NCBI GenBank assembly: GCA_008369845.1
Contig: MRSU01011174.1
Coordinates: forward strand, 1 to 46,828
Length of the DNA: 46,828 nucleotides
Direction of reading: 5' to 3'
From: Trichomonas gallinae
Taxonomy: Eukaryota
Of the stretch, positions 1 to 7,420 are shown one piece after another. A model generated the notes under the pieces. It was not told the origin of the DNA and searched no databases. It saw only the letters and a program-made list of their open reading frames with translations. The position numbers and the translations under genes were made by a program. Numbering within the stretch: the first letter of the stretch is position 1; each line of letters starts with the position of its first letter.

Positions 1-2687
1 TCATGCTTTATTGATTCTTGTCTATCTTCCACATGCTTTTCTGTTTCTTGTTTATCTTCTTCAACAATCATTTCGTTTTCATGTTTATCTTCCTCATACT
101 TTATTGGTTCGTGATTATCTTCTTCATGCTTTTCTCTTTCACGAATATCTTCTTTCTCATGTTTCTCTGTTTCTTGTTTTAATTCGTCCATATCTTCTTC
201 TTCGAAATCCTTATCGGGTGAATCATTTGTGTCTGTATGCAATGGATCGAGTTTCCTTTCTACAAGTTTGACCAAATTCTGTTCTTCATCTGCACTGTCT
301 TCCTCATTATTCATAGTTTTACCAACAGAAGGTTGTTCTTCGATATGCTCCTCCTTTTCTTGTTCGTTATTTTTGACTTCTTGATCAAATTCTCCTTCAA
401 AATCTTCTTTCATTTCTTTTCCGAAGTTTTGCTCAATTGGTTTTTCATGATTTATTACTTGCTCGAATTCATCTTTGAGTTGGCTCTTTTGGTTTTGGTT
501 AAATTCTCTTTCTGTTGCTCCGTCCGAATTTTCAACCTTTGGCTCAACTTCAAACTCACTCTGATCATCTTTAGTTGACTCATTTTCCTGATTCTCCTCT
601 TTATCAGAATCAGAGCTTTCGAAATCATTGTTGCTTTCTTTATCACTAACAATAACGTTGTGCGATTCATTTGCGTGTTGATCATCATCAGAAAACTTTG
701 CATCTTTTGTAGTTTGTGATTTATCTTGATCATTGAGTTGTTTGTCAAGCTCTCCAGAAAGAGATAGCTCTGATTTCGTTTCATTAGCTTTGAAGTCATC
801 GAAATCACTTTCCAAAACAGATGATTCCTTGTTTTGTGGCGCTTTGTCAGTACTATCGAACTCATCGTATCTTTGATTGTATGACTCCGTGACAATGTCT
901 TTATGTAACTGGTCGTTTTCATTTGATTCTTGTTCTTTATTGTCTTGAGTTGGTTCAAAATCTCTTGCCATTGAAGAAGAGCTCTCCACTGCTTTGATCA
1001 TCGGATCGAGTTTCGATTTGAATACATTTGAAAATCCACGTTTTGGCTGAAGATCTTCAACTTTCGTCTCATCAGATATATCTTTCTGTTCATCAGACTT
1101 ATTTTTGATTTCGTCAGACTTCTGGGAACTAGCTGATCCGCTATGATGAGAATTTCTGGAGCGTGCAGAGCTTTGCGATGAAGAATGACGTCGCGAGGAT
1201 TCTTTATGATTAATATCGCTTTCAAGAGATTTCTGGGAATTCTGAGGTGAAATTTGATTATTTTCTGACTCAAAGGACTTTTGTGAATTTTGTGGTGTGA
1301 TTTCTTTTTTGATGTTCTCTGATTCAAAAGACTTTTGTGAAGTCTGTGAGGAAATCGTCTTTTGGTTCTGTGACGATATGGATTTCTTAGGAAGACCTGA
1401 ATTTTGTGGAGAGGCAGGTTCTGAAGAAAAGCTTGTCTCTGTCTTCGAAGCGTTGCTGCGCGATGATTGGCGCGATGATGTTCTGCTGCTCCTCAACGCA
1501 GGAGGAAGCTTTCCGAATAAAGGTGGGACTGCTTCGTTCGATGTCTTCGGTCTAATCTCAGGTTTGCGCATGAATGCTTCTTCGCGCTTTCTCTGCTCCT
1601 GATTCTCCCTTGCCGTGTCCGCTAAGCATTTTGGAATTGATGTCCAGAATGATGATGGAGGATTTTCTTCTATCGGTCTTGTGTCGTATTTCTGCTTCGC
1701 CTTCCTTTCTTTTGCGTATTTCTCCCATGTATCCTGTGGAGGTTCTATCTCTGGCAATAAGATTTCTGTCGTGTAATTTGGTTGAACAGATGAATAAATT
1801 GGCTCCATGCGCATCTCTTTCCTGCTCGTGTACTTCTGCTTTCCCCAGGAAACTTCGTTCTTCTTGTAAGACATTGCTTTTTCCTGCAGCTGATTCATCA
1901 ACTCAAGGCGATGCTGCCTGTTCCTTTGGTAGTTATCAAGCTCACGCTGCTGCTGATCTATTAATAATTTCTTTGATGTTTGATAATCGGCAATTAAAGA
2001 ATCGATTTTGTTATTTTGGTCGCGTGTTGTAGTTGTGTGAATGATTTTCTGTAGTGGTTGAAGCTGAGAAATATTTCCACTTATAACCATCGATCGTTCT
2101 TGATACTTCATATTGAGAAGTGCAGCACTAGGTTTTCTATATTGTCTTGGCTTTTCCTTTTTCCATTTTTCTTCGAAATCGCTGAGTTCTTTCTGATGCT
2201 TTTCTTTGAGCTCATTTATATGTGATTGTGTTTCTTTGTTGAATTCATCTATCTTATTCCTCTGTGATTTTTCAAGCTGTTCAGCTTCTTTATTAATTTT
2301 TTCTTGGAGTTGAAGTTGCGGAATTTTTAGATTCTTTCTTGACTTGATTTCCTCGTTAGTTTTGTCTAATAATAACTTGTAGTTCTCCGCCGAGTTGAAA
2401 TCTTTATTTGTAAGTGAGAGATTAAATTGTTGATGAGCAAAGAATGTGAATTTTCTCAATTCTTCATCAGTATATTGATCAAATTTGCCATCTTTGTACA
2501 TTTTGTCTCTCATTTCGAGGCATTTAGCATCATCAGACATCGGAGTAAATTTAATTTCTTTGGTTTTCTCTTCTTTTGGCTTCTCAGTCGTTTTTGTTTC
2601 CACTCTAGCTGATGATCTTGCTGATTCCTGTATTGCATTCTTGTATGGTTCGATGCGGCGGATTTGAATAGTTTTCAGCTTCCGCAT
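1..2687 (-). CDS. Hypothetical coiled-coil protein with long Ser/Glu/Lys-rich low-complexity C-terminal region; 3' end runs off the window
   Basis: Absent from the ORF track because it has no stop inside the window. Hand translation from ATG 2687 (MRKLKTIQIRRIEPYKNAIQ...) stayed open in every segment sampled down to base 3 (e.g. KEKPRQYRKPSAALLNMKYQERSM, PQDTWEKYAKERK, EDKQETEKHVEDRQESIKH). TCATCAGT Inr-like element immediately upstream. Confidence 0.85.
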   Translation of the reverse strand, partial: MRKLKTIQIRRIEPYKNAIQESARSSARVETKTTEKPKEEKTKEIKFTPMSDDAKCLEMRDKMYKDGKFDQYTDEELRKFTFFAHQQFNLSLTNKDFNSAENYKLLLDKTNEEIKSRKNLKIPQLQLQEKINKEAEQLEKSQRNKIDEFNKETQSHINELKEKHQKELSDFEEKWKKEKPRQYRKPSAALLNMKYQERSMVISGNISQLQPLQKIIHTTTTRDQNNKIDSLIADYQTSKKLLIDQQQRELDNYQRNRQHRLELMNQLQEKAMSYKKNEVSWGKQKYTSRKEMRMEPIYSSVQPNYTTEILLPEIEPPQDTWEKYAKERKAKQKYDTRPIEENPPSSFWTSIPKCLADTARENQEQRKREEAFMRKPEIRPKTSNEAVPPLFGKLPPALRSSRTSSRQSSRSNASKTETSFSSEPASPQNSGLPKKSISSQNQKTISSQTSQKSFESENIKKEITPQNSQKSFESENNQISPQNSQKSLESDINHKESSRRHSSSQSSARSRNSHHSGSASSQKSDEIKNKSDEQKDISDETKVEDLQPKRGFSNVFKSKLDPMIKAVESSSSMARDFEPTQDNKEQESNENDQLHKDIVTESYNQRYDEFDSTDKAPQNKESSVLESDFDDFKANETKSELSLSGELDKQLNDQDKSQTTKDAKFSDDDQHANESHNVIVSDKESNNDFESSDSDKEENQENESTKDDQSEFEVEPKVENSDGATEREFNQNQKSQLKDEFEQVINHEKPIEQNFGKEMKEDFEGEFDQEVKNNEQEKEEHIEEQPSVGKTMNNEEDSADEEQNLVKLVERKLDPLHTDTNDSPDKDFEEEDMDELKQETEKHEKEDIREREKHEEDNHEPIKYEEDKHENEMIVEEDKQETEKHVEDRQESIKH
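3..210 (-). repeat. Degenerate ~30-33 bp coding tandem repeat (approx. EEDKQETEKH)
   Basis: Translation KQETEKHEKEDIREREKHEEDNHEPIKYEEDKHENEMIVEEDKQETEKHVEDRQESIKH; recurring tcttc..catg units on the + strand. Confidence 0.7.
1219..1355 (-). repeat. Three coding repeats I[ST]xQ[NT]SQKS[FL]ES
   Basis: Translation ISSQTSQKSFES...ITPQNSQKSFES...ISPQNSQKSLES in the frame of the 1..2687 CDS. Confidence 0.7.
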
Positions 2688-3176
2688 CAACTGATGAAAT
2701 TCAATATAAGGTTGATAGGATATCAAGAAATAATATTATCAGTAAAGAATACGTTTTAAATTTCTAAATTCATGAAATAATTATGGCCTTTTTATTAGAA
2801 TATTTGAATATTAGAAGGCCATAATAATTAAATCCGATAATTTTATAATAGATAAAGTTTAATACAACCATTACAGCCAAAAATGGGAAAATTGTCCCGT
2901 TTGATCCAATTTTTCTTTTTTGCAAATTATTTCTTTTTAAGAACCAATCACTATATCAATAAAAAATCTGATTTTCACTATAAAATCAAATAAATCTCAA
3001 AAACATTAAATTTTCAATATCAAATCAAGCAATAATACTATTTTTATCACATGGAGGCCAATAATAGGCCGAATGATAAATGTACTTTGCCTCAAACAAG
3101 CGACAAAGCAGCTCCTTTTTCCTCAAAAGCGTCCGAAAAATCACATAAAAAACCGCCGGAATTCAAAATTGAGAGA

Positions 3177-3245
3177 AACGGTTTTCGTTAACTCGAGCGA
3201 TGTAAGGGGTGTCAGCGGTTTAATAATCGTCCTTCCATCACATTA
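3177..3245 (+). promoter_or_regulatory. M3-like (Myb-type) core promoter elements plus Inr-like element
   Basis: AACGGTTT at 3177-3184 and AGCGGTTT at 3214-3221, then CCTT and TCACATT just before ATG 3253; resembles described trichomonad core-promoter motifs. Confidence 0.5.
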
Positions 3246-3252
3246 TTCCATA

Positions 3253-5256
3253 ATGGCATCGACACTTCCTCCAGTTGATATCTCGAGCGAGGAGTACGGC
3301 TTTTCGGAGTATCTTCTTCAGCTCCAGTTGAACGCCCCTCATCTCCTTATCTCAGAGTGCTACGATCTTACAACAAAACAACTCAACGCTTCGTTCAAGA
3401 ATTTCTGCAGCCAACTCGATCCTGTCAACATCATCAATGTCTTCGTCCCAGCTGCCTCCCTCGGCCAGCCAATCAGCGACGTTGCTTCTCACGGAGTTAG
3501 AATCAATCCAAAGAACGGTTTCCGCTTCACCGCTGGTCGCATTCCGATCAACGGCACAGAGGAAGCTTACGAGCTCGTCCATATGGTTATTGCTCTCGGA
3601 ACTGTTTACTATAATCAAAAGGCTGGAACAGGTCTTGCTGAGACTGTTTACTCCGATATTGCACCAACATCATCAACACTTCCACTTGGTTACCACTCCA
3701 TTCGCGTTTCTGAGCAGAATGAATTCGTTGTTTTCAACTCCAATCAAATAAACTGCCTCCGCCTCATCCGCTTGAAAGGAAAGGATAACATCTCGCACGA
3801 TCCAGCAATCAAACATGTCTGCAACAACTGCGGACAGCCAAACGCTACAATCTGGTGCGACAACGACCATTGCAAGCTCTGCGAAAAATGCGATGTCTCC
3901 CAGCACAAGACAAAGCTCACAGCAGCCCATACACGCCATCCTCTCTCTGAGGCGATCATTAACGTTCAGCGTTGCCCAGTTCACCCAGACACATTCGTCC
4001 AGTACTACTGCACAAAATGCCACCTCCCAGTGTGCCTCGAGTGCAAAGTCAAGGGTAACCACGCAAAGGGTGAAGCATCAAAGCATAAACTCATCGATCT
4101 CAAGGAAGCTTACGATAATGCAGTTTCTACAGCAATCAAGCCAAACCAGATCTTCATCACTCGTGAGAAGACATTGGCTTCACAAATTAACCTCGCTAAC
4201 GACAAGTTGAAGGAGATTCAGCAAACACAAATCAATATCGAGGCAGAAATCACACGCATTGCTGCTAAAGCCATCGAAGAGGCCCGCCAGCAGACATCTG
4301 CCCGCGCACAGCAGGTCAAAGCAATTCGTGGCGAACTCATCCGCAAGCTTGAGGAAGTCAAGAACATTAAAGAACTCCTCACTGCACAGCAGCAGAACAG
4401 TGAGCCACTTCCATTCGTCCAGGCCCAGCATTTCACAGAAGTATTAACAGAAACTATTAAGAATAACGACGACCTTCCACAGCTTGCATCTGAAATCGAT
4501 GCACAGCTCCAGGTTTATGGCCGCCTTGAAGTTTCTCCACCAAGACCAGCTGTTCAGCCAAAATCTCGTGGAATCTCACCAATACCAGATGCTGAAGTCT
4601 CCCAGACAACTGAATCTACACAGTTAGAAGCCCAGGATCCACATATCACAACACTTACAAAGATGGCCAAGCGTAAGGAAGATAAATACGAGGAGCAAGG
4701 CCAGACTCTCTCCTTCCTCCCATTCGAGGGCTCCGCAATCATCACAAATCCGGAGCTCCAGCGCCGCCTCTACCTTTGCTTCCCGTTCAAGGGCCAGCCG
4801 GTTACTCACCGTATGTACTACTCAGAGACAGATGGCAGAACAGTCACAAAGATCCACAAGCTTGTCGACAACCATGGCATTACAGTCGTCATTGTCAAGA
4901 GCGGTGAAAACATCTTCGGTGGATTTGCCGCATCAAAGTGGAACACAGACGGCAAGCCATTCGGAAAGGGAACATCCTCCTTCCTCTTCCAGCTCAACAA
5001 GGATGCCTTTATCCCGAACCGCGGTCAAACTGAGGAACCGATCACACTTTTCGCAACAGAAGATACACTCACATTCGGTAAGTACGATCTTGCTCTTAAA
5101 GGCAATCTCGAGAATTGCTCATCAATCATAGAGAACAGCTACGGCGTCGGATTCCAATACAACTCCACCAAGGCAAGAACATTTCTTGCTGGTGCTTCTG
5201 AATTCCGCGCTGATGCTGTTGAAGTATGGGGCTTCTTCTCCGGCCAAACCCTCTAA
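3253..5256 (+). CDS. Degenerate PARP-like domain + two B-box zinc fingers + coiled coil + C-terminal TLDc domain
   Basis: B-boxes CNNC..ATIWCDNDHCKLCEKCD..QH...AAHTR and CPVHP....YYCTKCHLPVCLEC..GNH; coiled coil; TLDc motifs IFGGFAASKW, SSFLFQL, LTFG, VEVWG. Start placed at ATG 3253 (MASTLPP) because the upstream in-frame extension is AT-rich promoter-like sequence. Confidence 0.85.
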   Translation: MASTLPPVDISSEEYGFSEYLLQLQLNAPHLLISECYDLTTKQLNASFKNFCSQLDPVNIINVFVPAASLGQPISDVASHGVRINPKNGFRFTAGRIPINGTEEAYELVHMVIALGTVYYNQKAGTGLAETVYSDIAPTSSTLPLGYHSIRVSEQNEFVVFNSNQINCLRLIRLKGKDNISHDPAIKHVCNNCGQPNATIWCDNDHCKLCEKCDVSQHKTKLTAAHTRHPLSEAIINVQRCPVHPDTFVQYYCTKCHLPVCLECKVKGNHAKGEASKHKLIDLKEAYDNAVSTAIKPNQIFITREKTLASQINLANDKLKEIQQTQINIEAEITRIAAKAIEEARQQTSARAQQVKAIRGELIRKLEEVKNIKELLTAQQQNSEPLPFVQAQHFTEVLTETIKNNDDLPQLASEIDAQLQVYGRLEVSPPRPAVQPKSRGISPIPDAEVSQTTESTQLEAQDPHITTLTKMAKRKEDKYEEQGQTLSFLPFEGSAIITNPELQRRLYLCFPFKGQPVTHRMYYSETDGRTVTKIHKLVDNHGITVVIVKSGENIFGGFAASKWNTDGKPFGKGTSSFLFQLNKDAFIPNRGQTEEPITLFATEDTLTFGKYDLALKGNLENCSSIIENSYGVGFQYNSTKARTFLAGASEFRADAVEVWGFFSGQTL

Positions 5257-5942
5257 TTTTTTATATTTTCTAAAATGTAACAAAAAATATTTTTTGAAAA
5301 CCGTTCCTTTTTTTTAACAGTGTCGCATTGTACATTTGATATAATATCGGAAATTGCTAACAATTTAAAAACATGGAATTTTGAAAGAAAAAACTTATTT
5401 TGATGAAAATCATATCTACATTAGTTACTCGTTACCACCGATGCGATTGCAATTCTCTCTCAAATTTTAACGGAACTAGTATTGCATCTCTATATGCGAT
5501 TAATCGAAATATCAAGAAATAAACTTACGATTATTTTCAATACAAAAATATGTTGTAAAAATTTAACAACAAACGTTTTCAAAAACAAAATTGCGTCATT
5601 TCTACTCAGAAACATAATCCAAAGCATTCTTCGCAATTGCAATACGATTAAAACTTATTGAAAATAACTTTGTGAGGAAAAATTTGAAAAATCGATTATT
5701 GCTTATTATAGTATTGGTAATTGTGTGATAATGTAAATAAATTGAAAGGATAAGTTGGTTACGTTTTAACACAAAACTGAAGCATTTGATAATCATTTTT
5801 ATACCCGCATTGCGTAGATCATTTTTTGAGATTTTACATTTTTATTCCATAAAAGTAGCAGTTTGTCGGCACGTCCATAGGATCAATATTTTACAAAAAT
5901 ATATTTGAGTGCTAACTTTTGATAATTCAATCAAATCATAAA

Positions 5943-6581
5943 ATGTTTGTAAACAATCATCCCACACTAAAGATTCAAAGACAGAAGAAAGTTAGGAAGC
6001 TCTTCAGCCCGCAGGAAGACGCCATGTTGATGAACATCATGTTCAACGAACCGTTTCAAACATGGATCGCTGTCGCGGAAAAACTCCCAGGAAGGACCGC
6101 GAGGCAGTGCAGGGACCGTTGGGTCAACTACTTGGCTCCTTCGAACAAGAACGGCCCTTGGAGTGCTGAAGAGGATGAGCTCCTTGCACAGAAATATTTG
6201 GAGCACGGACCTCAGTGGACTACCATTTCGAAGTTCTTTGATGGTAGAAGCGAAAACAATGTCAAAAATCGCTGGTACACATATGTTAAGCACCAAGTTG
6301 ATAAACACTCATCTTCAACTAACAACATCCCATCTCCTGTTCATGTTGAACGCGTACGAACCCAGTCAGCCTGTCCAATCACTCCCGTTGCTTTTGCAGC
6401 TCCTCTCGTTCCACAATTCGAGAGAGTGAGCCCAACGAAGACTATTCTTCCACCAATCTCTGTGTTTGAGGCACCATTTGTGCCAGTCCCAACAAACGTA
6501 ATGAGGATTAGTCAAGCACAGAGAATCAAATCAGAAAGTGTACAGCCACTAGGTTATCTCAACTTTGTACAGTATCCATGA
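5943..6581 (+). CDS. R2R3 Myb-like DNA-binding protein
   Basis: FSPQEDAML...W..VAEKLPGRTARQCRDRWVNYL / WSAEEDELL...HGPQWTTISKFFDGRSENNVKNRW; TCATA Inr-like element before ATG 5943. Confidence 0.93.
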   Translation: MFVNNHPTLKIQRQKKVRKLFSPQEDAMLMNIMFNEPFQTWIAVAEKLPGRTARQCRDRWVNYLAPSNKNGPWSAEEDELLAQKYLEHGPQWTTISKFFDGRSENNVKNRWYTYVKHQVDKHSSSTNNIPSPVHVERVRTQSACPITPVAFAAPLVPQFERVSPTKTILPPISVFEAPFVPVPTNVMRISQAQRIKSESVQPLGYLNFVQYP

Positions 6582-7397
6582 AACAATATAATTTACCATG
6601 CTATTGTTATTTTATTAACCATGATAAATAACCATGCTTGAAATTTCAAAAAATCAAAATCTTTTTTTCTATTTTCGTTTTACTACATTATCATTTCGTT
6701 CGTTGTTAAAATTAATATATTAGACCCAATGGAAAACTTAATTCAAATTTTTTTAAATAATCTATAAATTGTTTGTTTTATTGATCACAACTTGAATTCA
6801 TACTAATTTTCTGCTGAATAGCCAAATGAGAACCCTCGAAAGATTAAAAAAAATTATTACAAATAAAGAATTTTAAACGATAATCAAATATTTTGAGCGG
6901 AAAAATAAAGTATAAACATAAAATGTTATATTTAAACTGATTTAGTTTTTCGAAATTTTCAAAATTTCATAGAAATTTCTTAAAAATCAGACAAAAATTG
7001 CTAATATTTAATTTTTTTGAAAGATTTTCCAAATTCGAAATCTTACAGAATCCAAAAAAACATAAGTAATTCGCATAAATTATCAAAAGATTGATCTGAT
7101 TATGCAATATTTTTTTTAGCAATGTATTATTTTTTGATCTTTCACATAACTAAGTAATATACAACTTATAAAATTATATAGATCACATTTTGTTTTAGTA
7201 TTATTATAATCTCAATGTTAAATCTTTAATCTAATCCAAAAAGATCAATCTAATTTCTTTCAAAAACTCACTTTCATTAAAAAATAACATAATACTCAGA
7301 CCACTTGAAGGAAATACAATCCACACAAACAACTGTTTTCCTTCCATTTTCGCTTTTTTTCTCCAAAGTTTTTTGTAAATTCCAAAATAACGTTCTA

Positions 7398-7418
7398 AAA
7401 GTGACAATCATATAACGA
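7398..7418 (+). promoter_or_regulatory. AAAGTGAC motif + Inr of PPDK
   Basis: AAAGTGAC (7398-7405) followed by TCATA (7408-7412), ending 8 nt before ATG 7421. Confidence 0.55.
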
Positions 7419-7420
7419 AG

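Noticed and set aside
11..2667. Short ORFs listed in the first 2.7 kb
   Set aside because: All are antisense or off-frame to the single long minus-strand CDS starting at 2687.
3073..3252. 60-codon N-terminal extension of the TLDc gene, and the TTG/GTG extensions listed for Myb, copine, CBF, lipase, ZIP4-like and NTPDase genes
   Set aside because: The extensions run through AT-rich promoter sequence containing core-promoter motifs; the downstream ATG is the more plausible eukaryotic start.
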